A stretch of 28,806 nt of DNA from the IMG/VR virus record IMGVR_UViG_3300031565_004587, positions 1 to 28,806 of that record. The stretch is one strand, 5' to 3'. Below, in pieces: positions 1 to 8,001 of this stretch. Every line of letters begins with the position of its first letter. The stretch's first letter is position 1. A program made the position numbers and the translations under genes. Source of the DNA: a virus. Taxonomy: Duplodnaviria; Caudoviricetes. The notes under the pieces are model-generated. The model ran no database searches, was not told the origin of the DNA, and worked only from the letters and a program-made list of their open reading frames with translations.

Positions 1-347
1 ATGAAGAGTGTTTTGGTTATTATATAGAAACTAAAGAATGGATGCCAGCATCTTACTCAAAACAAGAAACTGTATATCCAAGCAACAAAGATCTATTACC
101 TGATTGGGTAACAGCACCACTCTATCAACAAGCCTTTAGATGGTTTAGAGAGAAGTATGAACTTTACCAAGCTGTTTATGCAGATAAACGTGCAGATGAC
201 TTAACTCTTTTGTATAAAGTACATGTTTATAAGTTAGATGAGGAACTTAGTGAGTATGCTTATAGATGGGCAAAAACATATGAAGAAGCAGAACTAGCGT
301 GTCTTAAACAACTAATTAAAATAGTAAAGGAGAAGAACAATGACTAA
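1..347 (+). CDS. Hypothetical phage protein, 5'-truncated
   Basis: The frame of ORF 42..347 is open back to the window edge (EECFGYYIETKEWM...). APLYQQAFRWFREKY and TYEEAELACL resemble a small-protein family I recall from Bacteroidota phages. Confidence 0.7.
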   Translation, partial: EECFGYYIETKEWMPASYSKQETVYPSNKDLLPDWVTAPLYQQAFRWFREKYELYQAVYADKRADDLTLLYKVHVYKLDEELSEYAYRWAKTYEEAELACLKQLIKIVKEKNND

Positions 348-489
348 AATAGAAAGTGTATTAGTAGGAAGAACAAGAGAAGATAGGTTATTCATAATAG
401 GACTTATGATTATAATCTGTATTATCAGTAGAGAACTTCTTCCGGTACCCTGTTTTATAATTGGATATCAAATGGGTAAATTTAAATAA
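340..489 (+). CDS. Small hydrophobic protein (49 aa), not in the ORF track
   Basis: ATG 340 to TAA 489: MTKIESVLVGRTREDRLFIIGLMIIICIISRELLPVPCFIIGYQMGKFK. Fills the gap between neighbours exactly and has one TM-like segment. Confidence 0.55.
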   Translation: MTKIESVLVGRTREDRLFIIGLMIIICIISRELLPVPCFIIGYQMGKFK

Positions 490-490
490 T

Positions 491-784
491 ATGAAAGAAT
501 CAGAAGTACTTGAGCCAGAAGTGGACAAAGATGTAGAGCATGCCATAGATGAATTGGTAAACCCTACTAAAGCAATAATCCTCTATAATGATGATCATAA
601 TAGTTTCCCTCATGTAATCGAATGCTTGAGGAAGTATTGTGAACACTCTATGGAGCAAGCAGAACAATGTACCATATTGGTACACCATAAAGGTAAGTGT
701 GATGTAAAGAATGGTAGCTTTGAGAAGCTCCGCCCTATATGTGAAGCACTATTAGAGAATGGTTTAACAGCAAAAATTGAGTAA
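491..784 (+). CDS. clpS: ATP-dependent Clp protease adaptor ClpS
   Basis: IILYNDDHNSFPHVIECL...AEQCTILVHHKGKCDV...LLENGLTAKIE matches the ClpS core. ATG 491 is preferred over TTG 461. Confidence 0.92.
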   Translation: MKESEVLEPEVDKDVEHAIDELVNPTKAIILYNDDHNSFPHVIECLRKYCEHSMEQAEQCTILVHHKGKCDVKNGSFEKLRPICEALLENGLTAKIE

Positions 785-785
785 T

Positions 786-1064
786 ATGAAAACAGCAGAT
801 GATTACAGAAAAACATGGCCTAACAAAACTGATGACCAAATAATTGAATCATTAGGTAATGAGGTTAGGGATAAAGTTGAAACAATCCACGGTCTTTTAG
901 ATGATCTTAGCAGAAGAAAATATACAGAAGAAGATATGTTATTTGCTTTTGTACATGGAGGAACTAAGTTTGAAGAAAACAAAGATGCTGATACATTAGC
1001 TAAGAACTTTAAAGAGCTTATCAACTCACTAAATAAACAAGACAATGAAAATAAACCTAAGTAA
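786..1064 (+). CDS. Hypothetical protein
   Basis: ATG directly after the clpS stop; contains a YTEEDM-type motif seen in small phage proteins. Confidence 0.65.
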   Translation: MKTADDYRKTWPNKTDDQIIESLGNEVRDKVETIHGLLDDLSRRKYTEEDMLFAFVHGGTKFEENKDADTLAKNFKELINSLNKQDNENKPK

Positions 1065-1290
1065 ATTAGTACAGCAAAGAGCTATACTTCAAACAGTAGT
1101 CTCCGGATCAGCTGTGGTTGCTCCAGGAGGTATGAAAAAGATCAAAGAGCTCTTACGCTTTATAGAGGAAATAGAGACTGATCTAGAAATAGGTGGAGAA
1201 TCTATAGTAGAACTAGACAAAGAGCGCTTAGAAGCTATAGAAGAGCGTAATAAAATGCTTAAATTTATGAGGGAGGCTGATGATGTATGA
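1045..1290 (+). CDS. Hypothetical protein
   Basis: Packed ORF with ATGA overlap into the next gene. Confidence 0.6.
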   Translation: MKINLSKLVQQRAILQTVVSGSAVVAPGGMKKIKELLRFIEEIETDLEIGGESIVELDKERLEAIEERNKMLKFMREADDV

Positions 1291-1571
1291 GTATTCAAGT
1301 ATGTGCAGACTGTCATAAACCTTTTAATAAAGAAGGTCTATTTCCTAGTAATCTATGTAGCAAATGTGAGAGTAAAGAGAAGCAGGTTATAAGTAATTTT
1401 GACTCAGACAATTGGATAAAGTTTATTGAGAAATTAAGAGATAGAGATTGGAACTATGCACAGTTACATTGTAATAAGCATCAGTTTTTAAGAGTTCCTA
1501 AATCGGGTAAGTATTTAGGTATATCATTATGGAAGTGTATCTACTGTGACGGAGTTGTTCAATCAAGCTAA
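1287..1571 (+). CDS. Putative zinc-binding protein
   Basis: CADC, CSKC, CNKH and CIYC pairs, enough for two Zn ribbons. Confidence 0.6.
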   Translation: MSIQVCADCHKPFNKEGLFPSNLCSKCESKEKQVISNFDSDNWIKFIEKLRDRDWNYAQLHCNKHQFLRVPKSGKYLGISLWKCIYCDGVVQSS

Positions 1572-1585
1572 AAATATTATATTTA
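1554..1585 (+). promoter_or_regulatory. Putative Bacteroidota sigma-A-type promoter
   Basis: GTTG-N20-TATATTTA, close to the TTTG-N19-21-TAnnTTTG consensus, ending 4 nt before ATG 1590. Confidence 0.4.
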
Positions 1586-1589
1586 CACT

Positions 1590-1886
1590 ATGCCTTGTAC
1601 AGCTTTAAAGATTACAAAAGAAGACGGAACCATAGTTAGAATTAAGTTTCTAACTATATGGAATCCACCATTTACAGACATCGATCTGTTTACATGTAAC
1701 GAAGACTTTGGTCCAATTGGAAACCCCGGGATTACTCAGGTTGAAATGGATGAAGAATCTTATCATAAGAAGCTCAGAATCGATGCTTCTGCTAAAAATC
1801 AATATGTACGTGAAGAATCAACAGATCCTCAATGGAATCCTGGATACATAGAAACCCCCGAAGATGGAAATCAGAATCCCCTTTAA
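1590..1886 (+). CDS. Hypothetical protein
   Basis: 98-aa ORF in operon context. Confidence 0.65.
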   Translation: MPCTALKITKEDGTIVRIKFLTIWNPPFTDIDLFTCNEDFGPIGNPGITQVEMDEESYHKKLRIDASAKNQYVREESTDPQWNPGYIETPEDGNQNPL

Positions 1887-2175
1887 AGTAATATGCATCA
1901 ATGACAGTAATCGACCTAACGATATTCCTACTTCTAAGTGGGTAAAGAAGGGAGATGGGTATACTGTAATTGATGTAAAGAAGCTCCTTATACAAGGAGG
2001 TGCTCTTGGATTTAAACTTGAAGAGATTAATATTGATGACTGTTTTCCTTATCAATTCTTTAGCGCAAGTCGCTTTGGAATCCCCGTAGGAGAACTCATG
2101 AGACATGAAACAGAAGAAATGCTAGATAGGCTTTTAGAAGAAGCTAAAGAAGAAGCATTAACACCACGCCTTTAA
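1864..2175 (+). CDS. Hypothetical protein (small beta-rich domain)
   Basis: FKVICINDS...GDGYTVIDV...GFKLEE...FSASRF; overlaps the upstream gene. Confidence 0.7.
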   Translation: MEIRIPFKVICINDSNRPNDIPTSKWVKKGDGYTVIDVKKLLIQGGALGFKLEEINIDDCFPYQFFSASRFGIPVGELMRHETEEMLDRLLEEAKEEALTPRL

Positions 2176-2267
2176 TGAAAATAAAAATAACACCGAATTA
2201 TGAATACATTGGTATTCTGATTCTTGGTATATTATATACCTTAATTTCACACTATACAAATGACTGA
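2175..2267 (+). CDS. Possible 30-aa membrane peptide
   Basis: TAATG-coupled ORF MKIKITPNYEYIGILILGILYTLISHYTND that fills the gap before the ligase. Confidence 0.35.
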   Translation: MKIKITPNYEYIGILILGILYTLISHYTND

Positions 2268-3315
2268 AAGTATTGAATTATTCTACCGTGAAGGTAGCTC
2301 AGATAAAGTATATAAAGCAAATATTACAGAAGAGTCTAATGGATTTACTGTAAACTTTGCATACGGTCGTAGGGGTAACGCTCTTACAACCGGTAAGAAA
2401 ACTAATAAGCCTGTTTCATTACATGAGGCTCAGAAGATTTATAATAAGCTGATTCTAGAGAAGACAGCAAAAGGATACATTGAAGATCCACATGGGAAAC
2501 CCTTTACCGGAACAACAACAGAAGCGCGTGATACAGGAATACGCCCTCAACTCTTAAATGAGATAGATGAGAGACTTCTTGAAAAGTATATGACCGATCC
2601 TGAATGGTGTGCTCAAGAGAAATTTGATGGGCGCCGTAGAATGATCTGTATTAAGCCTGAATTAGTAGCTACTAACCGTAAAGGATTAGCTATAACAATG
2701 AGCAAAGAACTAGAATCAGAATTAATGGCAGCGTCTTTTGATGGAAATGTTCTTGATGGAGAAGATATGGGTGATCATATTATGATCTTTGATACAATAT
2801 TCTATCAAGAACCATATCAAACCAGATATCAACATTTAGCTGCACATTTTAGTAGAAACAATCATAAGTTGCTTAAGCTAGTACCTACTGCATGGACGCT
2901 TTCTGAAAAAAGAGCTTTGTATAAGCGCTTAGTAAAGAATAACGCAGAAGGAATCGTATTTAAGAATATCAATGCCTTTTATGTACCAGGAAGACCAAAC
3001 TCAGGAGGAGAACAGTTAAAGTTCAAGTTCGTGGCTACAGCCACTGTACAAGTAATTAAGACCAATCCTACTAAGCGATCAGTTACCGTAGCTGTATATG
3101 ACCTAAGAGGTAATGTAGTAGAAGTAGGAAACGTGACTGTTTATCCTAATCAACAAGTACCTAATCCGGGAAGCATAGTAGAAGTAAGATACCTTTATTA
3201 TTTCCCAGGTGGATCATTATTCCAACCAGTTCTTTTAGGAGAACGAGATGATATGACCATTGAAGACTGCACTCTTAGTCAATTAAAAGAAAAACGTGAA
3301 TCCATAGAACTATAA
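2260..3315 (+). CDS. WGR-domain / ATP-dependent DNA ligase fusion
   Basis: N-terminal SSDKVY...FAYGRRG...KTAKGY (WGR domain). Ligase motifs I QEKFDG, III LDGE, IIIa IFD, IV EGIVFK and V LKFK. C-terminal OB fold GSIVEVRY...QPV...RDD. Confidence 0.88.
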   Translation: MTESIELFYREGSSDKVYKANITEESNGFTVNFAYGRRGNALTTGKKTNKPVSLHEAQKIYNKLILEKTAKGYIEDPHGKPFTGTTTEARDTGIRPQLLNEIDERLLEKYMTDPEWCAQEKFDGRRRMICIKPELVATNRKGLAITMSKELESELMAASFDGNVLDGEDMGDHIMIFDTIFYQEPYQTRYQHLAAHFSRNNHKLLKLVPTAWTLSEKRALYKRLVKNNAEGIVFKNINAFYVPGRPNSGGEQLKFKFVATATVQVIKTNPTKRSVTVAVYDLRGNVVEVGNVTVYPNQQVPNPGSIVEVRYLYYFPGGSLFQPVLLGERDDMTIEDCTLSQLKEKRESIEL

Positions 3316-3317
3316 TT

Positions 3318-3452
3318 ATGCAAGAAAAAACACTAACCAAAGAACAAGAGCACGCTGTAAATAGCGAAAGATTTAAGAAAACTCCTCAGGAGAAAGAAAT
3401 TGCAAAAGCAGCTAAATCAGCTTGGAAGAAAGCTCAACCTAAAACAAAATGA
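3318..3452 (+). CDS. Small basic protein (44 aa), not in the ORF track
   Basis: MQEKTLTKEQEHAVNSERFKKTPQEKEIAKAAKSAWKKAQPKTK, with ATGA overlap into ORF 3449. Confidence 0.55.
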   Translation: MQEKTLTKEQEHAVNSERFKKTPQEKEIAKAAKSAWKKAQPKTK

Positions 3453-3850
3453 GTAAAAACGCCATATTTAGTACTATACTAAAGAAGTTTGGTGACAAAC
3501 TTATTTATGCAAAAGGGGTTGAAGAGATACTTTATAGAGAATTTGTAAATAAACTCGAAGAAGGACACCTAATCCAGGTGTTCTTCGATGCCAGTAAGGA
3601 TAATGGAACCTTGGCTCAAATAGCTAAGATCAAAGTATGTATTCGAGAACTTGCAAAAGAAGTTGGTAATACATTTGAAGACACAGAGCTTGATATAAAA
3701 AAAGCTTCTGGTCTATGTATAATAAAAGAAATGGATGGTGAAAAGTTTATATTCGTTAAATCCTTTGGTGACTGTTCAGTAGATGATCTTAGTTTAGCAA
3801 TACAAACTATAATTCAACGAGGGGACTTTGTAGGTATTAACTTTCGATAG
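3449..3850 (+). CDS. Hypothetical protein, possibly NinB/Orf-like recombination accessory
   Basis: TLAQ...IRELAKEVG and KSFGDCSVDDLSLAIQTI loosely resemble the NinB pattern. Confidence 0.5.
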   Translation: MSKNAIFSTILKKFGDKLIYAKGVEEILYREFVNKLEEGHLIQVFFDASKDNGTLAQIAKIKVCIRELAKEVGNTFEDTELDIKKASGLCIIKEMDGEKFIFVKSFGDCSVDDLSLAIQTIIQRGDFVGINFR

Positions 3851-4154
3851 GTGTAACTTCACCAGTCTCATCGTTGATATTTACATTTGCTGTTTTTGTC
3901 TTACCTTGTTCTTTAGCCTTTAATTCGATCTCATAGATCAATGCTGCTAAACTACGAATAGTAAGTTCAGTAGCATCTTTAGGAGGAACAGGCCCTTCTT
4001 TTGATAATGATTCTAGGATTTCTTTGAATTGCTCGGGTGGTAAAGTATTACCTACGCCCAATAAGTTATTAACTAATTGAGTGTAAAATAACCCGGATAC
4101 TTGGATATCAATAATTTGATCTTCTGGAATTGCTTGGTAACTAACTGCTCTCAT
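3837..4154 (-). CDS. Hypothetical protein (single-gene antisense island)
   Basis: 105-aa ORF fills the gap between + genes and has its own promoter-like element. Confidence 0.75.
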   Translation of the reverse strand: MRAVSYQAIPEDQIIDIQVSGLFYTQLVNNLLGVGNTLPPEQFKEILESLSKEGPVPPKDATELTIRSLAALIYEIELKAKEQGKTKTANVNINDETGEVTPIES

Positions 4155-4158
4155 ACTT

Positions 4159-4188
4159 CAAATATACTAAAAAAATGAAAAACACAAA
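4159..4188 (-). promoter_or_regulatory. Bacteroidota sigma-A-type promoter (-33/-7)
   Basis: Minus strand TTTG (4188-4185)-N18-TATATTTG (4166-4159), a perfect TAnnTTTG, 4 nt before ATG 4154. Confidence 0.65.
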
Positions 4189-4891
4189 TGAAATAGATCT
4201 TGAAGATGTGAAGATTAAACTTTACGAAAGACTCAGGTCTTCGGGATGGGGGGATAAACTTAAGACATTTATCTTGTCTAGTGATTTTGATAAGATATTA
4301 AACACCTTATTAAAAGAAGCCAGAGAAGGACAGCGTTTTACACCACCTCTTAAGCAGATCTTCAGAGTATTTGAAGAATGTCCTTATGATAAGCTTAAAG
4401 TAATAATACTTGGACAAGATCCCTATCCTCAACTCGGTGTTGCTGATGGTATCGCTTTTTCTTGTTCTAATACTAAGAAAGTACAGCCTTCATTAGCTTA
4501 TATATTTAAAGAGATAGAAGCTACCGTTTATCCTGATGGATACCGGTGGGATCCAGATCTTACAAGATGGGCTAATCAAGGAATACTACCAATAAACACC
4601 GCATTTACAACAGGAATAGGTACTGTAGGCAGACATTATGCTATATGGCAACCATTCTTAGCATTTCTTTTTGATATACTAACCTTCCAGAACCCTGGAT
4701 TAATATATGTATTCATGGGAGCTAAAGCTAAAGAATGGGCAGTATCCATACCTGACAATAATCATAAAATGTTTACTTCACATCCAGCATTTGCAGCCCA
4801 CACCAACAATGATAAGTGGGATTGTCAAGGGGTATTCAGTAACATAAGTTTAATAATAAAAAAACAATATAACGAAGACATAATATGGTAA
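4175..4891 (+). CDS. ung: Uracil-DNA glycosylase, family 1
   Basis: KVIILGQDPYP, ADGIAFS, QPSL, WANQGILPIN, VFMGAKA and SHPA motifs. Confidence 0.93.
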   Translation: MKNTNEIDLEDVKIKLYERLRSSGWGDKLKTFILSSDFDKILNTLLKEAREGQRFTPPLKQIFRVFEECPYDKLKVIILGQDPYPQLGVADGIAFSCSNTKKVQPSLAYIFKEIEATVYPDGYRWDPDLTRWANQGILPINTAFTTGIGTVGRHYAIWQPFLAFLFDILTFQNPGLIYVFMGAKAKEWAVSIPDNNHKMFTSHPAFAAHTNNDKWDCQGVFSNISLIIKKQYNEDIIW

Positions 4892-6285
4892 AAGATGGAG
4901 AAATTAAAAGGCTCAAAATAACACAAGGCCTTAGTCAAGGTCAGGCAGATGCATTGATGTTGATGATTGATTTTCTCAACATTGATGGGCCTGATATGTT
5001 TGTATTAAAAGGATATGCCGGAACAGGTAAAACCTTTATTGTAAAAAAACTGATAGAACACATTACTCATACGTATAAACATTGTAAGATTGCAGTAACT
5101 GCGCCAACGAACAAGGCTGTGCGCGTATTACTCTCTCGTAAAGAGTTTAACAATCGTAATGTGGTATATCAGACGATCCATAGTTTACTTGGATTAACAG
5201 AAACAATTACTGCTAATGGTCAAGTCTTCTTTACAGCTAAGAAGGGTGCTACAGGAGATATGGCTAAGATCGATTATCTCATAGTCGATGAGGTATCCAT
5301 GCTTCAAGATGATATTTTTAAACAGCTGGAGAAATTCAGTAGTGATACAAAGATCATTTTCATGGGAGATCCTGCACAAATACCTCCAGTAGGTCGGATT
5401 GATTGTATACCTTTTAAGAAATCTCTATCAGAGACGTATGAGGAAGGCTACACATTAACCGAAATCATGCGCCAGGCTAAAGGCAACCCTATTATCGAGT
5501 CTTCTTTTATATTGAGAAACAATCTCACTGTAGATGTACCGATTCCTGTAATAGAGACAAGACGTGATGCAGATGGTCATGGTATACACTGGATTGACTC
5601 GTCAACTGATAAAGATGGAATGCTAATGCTTCTAGAGAAGTATTTTGTATCCAAGAAGTTTGACGATAATCCTGATTATGCCAAATTAATAGCTTGGAGA
5701 AACAAGACTGTAGCCTCTGCTAATAACCGTATCCGAACTATGATCTATGGAGATGAACTTCAAAAGATAATGCCAGGAGAAAAACTATTAGCTAATAAGC
5801 CGATCTTTGATGAAGATGAAGAGATCATATTCAATACTTCTGAAGAGTTCCAGATACAATCTTATAAAGTAACTACCAAGGCTGTTGTATTTGGTCTTAA
5901 AAAAGCTTCTCTTAAGGTTTATCAATGCACTCTTGATAAGGCTACTCTAGGTAAAACATTATTAACCAATACTATTTATGTATTGCATGAAGACTCAGAG
6001 GAAACTTATAAGACGTTATTAGCAGATCTTAAGAAGCTGGCAACCGATAGTAGTAATAGAGCAGCGTGGGTTTATTTCTACAGAGCTTTAAAATGGCCAG
6101 CAGACATAGCTTACAACTATGCAATTACTGCGCACAAATCACAAGGTTCAACATATGAGAATGTCTTTATTATGGAAGATGATATCAATGCGAATCCTAA
6201 TGTGGTAGAACGTAACCGAATAAAGTATACTTCATATTCCCGAGCGTCACATAATTTATATGTATATCGGGCTAATCCTTTTTAA
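4885..6285 (+). CDS. Superfamily 1B DNA helicase (Dda/RecD/Pif1-like)
   Basis: GYAGTGKT, APTNKA, TIHSLL, IVDEVSM, GDPAQIPPV, LTEIMRQ, YAITAHKSQGST and YTSYSRA. Confidence 0.93.
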   Translation: MVKDGEIKRLKITQGLSQGQADALMLMIDFLNIDGPDMFVLKGYAGTGKTFIVKKLIEHITHTYKHCKIAVTAPTNKAVRVLLSRKEFNNRNVVYQTIHSLLGLTETITANGQVFFTAKKGATGDMAKIDYLIVDEVSMLQDDIFKQLEKFSSDTKIIFMGDPAQIPPVGRIDCIPFKKSLSETYEEGYTLTEIMRQAKGNPIIESSFILRNNLTVDVPIPVIETRRDADGHGIHWIDSSTDKDGMLMLLEKYFVSKKFDDNPDYAKLIAWRNKTVASANNRIRTMIYGDELQKIMPGEKLLANKPIFDEDEEIIFNTSEEFQIQSYKVTTKAVVFGLKKASLKVYQCTLDKATLGKTLLTNTIYVLHEDSEETYKTLLADLKKLATDSSNRAAWVYFYRALKWPADIAYNYAITAHKSQGSTYENVFIMEDDINANPNVVERNRIKYTSYSRASHNLYVYRANPF

Positions 6286-6331
6286 TATGAGTCTATTTAA
6301 GAAATAATAATTAAACAAAAACTAGGATAAT

Positions 6332-6523
6332 ATGATAAAATTAGGAGAAGCGGTTATCAGAATAATACTCACAGATGATAAAGAAAATAATGTACACATT
6401 GAATTTGACAATGGTGAGGGAAAAGGAAATGTTCCTGTAGATGCTGTTATAGCCGCATTAGAAGTTATCTTAGACGATGTAAAAAGAGTAATGAAACCTA
6501 AAGATAAAAAGGATATTAATTGA
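6332..6523 (+). CDS. Hypothetical protein
   Basis: 63-aa ORF converging on the minus-strand membrane cassette. Confidence 0.55.
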   Translation: MIKLGEAVIRIILTDDKENNVHIEFDNGEGKGNVPVDAVIAALEVILDDVKRVMKPKDKKDIN

Positions 6524-6923
6524 TCATAAAGTAAATGATCAAGGCAGCTTCCACTATTGCGGTGGCTGCCCATCCTACTTTAATCCATTTCTTTTGGTTA
6601 TTAAGCTTATGAATGGTCTTCTCTTTTACAGCTAAAGAATCTTCTCGGTTCTTGATCTGTTGATTTTTAAGCCCAACGGTTAGTGAGTATTGAGTGATTG
6701 TATAATCCTTCTCTTTAATCATTGTATCCCTATTGGCTATAATCTTCTTGGAAGTAGAGAGTAATGTATCACAAGTGTTTAAATCCACAGCAGTTTTTGC
6801 TATGTATCTAAGTTCTGTAAGCCCATAACACCGGCTAGTATCTGTTGATACTCCATGTTGCGCGAATGATGCTGTCCAGTTGATTAGGAGAAGCTGTATT
6901 AAATACAAATTTAGTTGTCTCAT
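6516..6923 (-). CDS. Exported coiled-coil protein with C-terminal TM anchor (spanin-like)
   Basis: Signal peptide ending TASFA-Q, coiled-coil middle and C-terminal hydrophobic WIKVGWAATAIVEAALIIYFMIN. Overlaps the upstream gene by 89 nt. Confidence 0.6.
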   Translation of the reverse strand: MRQLNLYLIQLLLINWTASFAQHGVSTDTSRCYGLTELRYIAKTAVDLNTCDTLLSTSKKIIANRDTMIKEKDYTITQYSLTVGLKNQQIKNREDSLAVKEKTIHKLNNQKKWIKVGWAATAIVEAALIIYFMIN

Positions 6924-7170
6924 GATTTCTATAAATTACACCAGGCTCTATTGCCAGGAGGCTATCATATTGATGTTGGATTTTGATCTGCCTAACTAGA
7001 CTACTATCAACATTAGATCGTAATAATACGATAGAGTCTCTAAGCTCCTTTTCTTTATCACCGATAAAGATTAGCTTAGGGTTCTTTACAATGATGTAAA
7101 CTAATAGTAAGAATACAAGTAGTAAAAGGGTTCCTATTACATAGGCTGTCTTAGTCGGTTTTGCCATCAT
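6835..7170 (-). CDS. N-anchored coiled-coil membrane protein (i-spanin/Rz-like)
   Basis: AYVIGTLLLLVFLLLVYIIV TM segment followed by helical heptads. Confidence 0.6.
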   Translation of the reverse strand: MMAKPTKTAYVIGTLLLLVFLLLVYIIVKNPKLIFIGDKEKELRDSIVLLRSNVDSSLVRQIKIQHQYDSLLAIEPGVIYRNHETTKFVFNTASPNQLDSIIRATWSINRY

Positions 7171-7462
7171 CTGGGGGTATTAAACTTTCTGCTCTTTCTA
7201 CTTTCTTATCATAATGATTACCGACAGTATTGGTAACAACAAGACTCACTATTAATCCAGAAAGTACTGTAGCCATTGTTACAGCATTGTTATTATCAGT
7301 AAATCTGATAGCAACCTCAGCAAGTACCCAGAATACACCTATAGATAACCATTTACGCAAGCTATGTCCGCCTGGTTTATTATTAAGAGCTTTGAAGAAG
7401 TTTCTTACAAAGCCGTATGAATCTGGCATGTTAGTCGCCATCCATCCTGAAAATGTTGCCAT
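7151..7462 (-). CDS. Putative holin (2 TM)
   Basis: Two hydrophobic helices (WLSIGVFWVLAEVAI; AVTMATVLSGLIVSLVV) and a charged C-tail. First gene of the membrane trio. Confidence 0.5.
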   Translation of the reverse strand: MATFSGWMATNMPDSYGFVRNFFKALNNKPGGHSLRKWLSIGVFWVLAEVAIRFTDNNNAVTMATVLSGLIVSLVVTNTVGNHYDKKVERAESLIPPDDGKTD

Positions 7463-7476
7463 AATAGTAATTTACT

Positions 7477-7508
7477 TCAATATACCTAAAATTAATGAAA
7501 AAAGCAAA
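7477..7508 (-). promoter_or_regulatory. Putative promoter for the minus-strand membrane cassette
   Basis: Minus strand TTTG-N20-TATATTGA; shares GTATATT(T)GAAGTA with the element at 4154-4167. Confidence 0.5.
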
Positions 7509-8001
7509 TCACCACGATATGGTAGATCTAGTCAAAAATATAGAAAAAGAAGTCGAGACCTTTATTAATGAGTTCTCAGACAAGTTTTATGGAAAGTTCG
7601 GGATTCGTCCAATGGTAACATACTCTTCTAAAGTTAATCTTATTGGAACAAATCTTATAGATCTAGAAAATGTTGCAAATTATTGTATTTATAGAGATCT
7701 AGATATAGATATTACAGGAGCCAGTATTAAAACCAGAACCAGACAAAGAACACTTGTTATTTATAGACAATGTATATTCAAGATGGCTAGAGATCTGGGG
7801 TATGGATTAGCCCGAATAGGTCACCATTTTGGCTATGATCATGCTACTGTTTTATATGCAACTAGGAATATAACCAATTTAGTAACTTGTAAGGATAAAC
7901 AAGTAATAAAGATCTTAAATAAACTTCAAAATGAGCTCGAAAAAAGATACAGGAATGATGGAGCTGCTCCATCTGATAGTGAAACAAAAATTGACACCTA
8001 A
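7495..8001 (+). CDS. Protein with DnaA C-terminal (domain IV) helix-turn-helix
   Basis: TRQRTLVIYRQ...ARDLGYGLARIGHHFGYDHATVLYATRNI matches the DnaA-IV signature (RQ...IG..FG.DH.TV..A). No AAA+ domain. Confidence 0.82.
   Translation: MKKANHHDMVDLVKNIEKEVETFINEFSDKFYGKFGIRPMVTYSSKVNLIGTNLIDLENVANYCIYRDLDIDITGASIKTRTRQRTLVIYRQCIFKMARDLGYGLARIGHHFGYDHATVLYATRNITNLVTCKDKQVIKILNKLQNELEKRYRNDGAAPSDSETKIDT

Noticed and set aside
7151-7462. Holin/antiholin dual-start motif (MATFSGW-MATN-M)
   Set aside because: No basic residue between the Met codons as in lambda S, and holin identity itself is uncertain.
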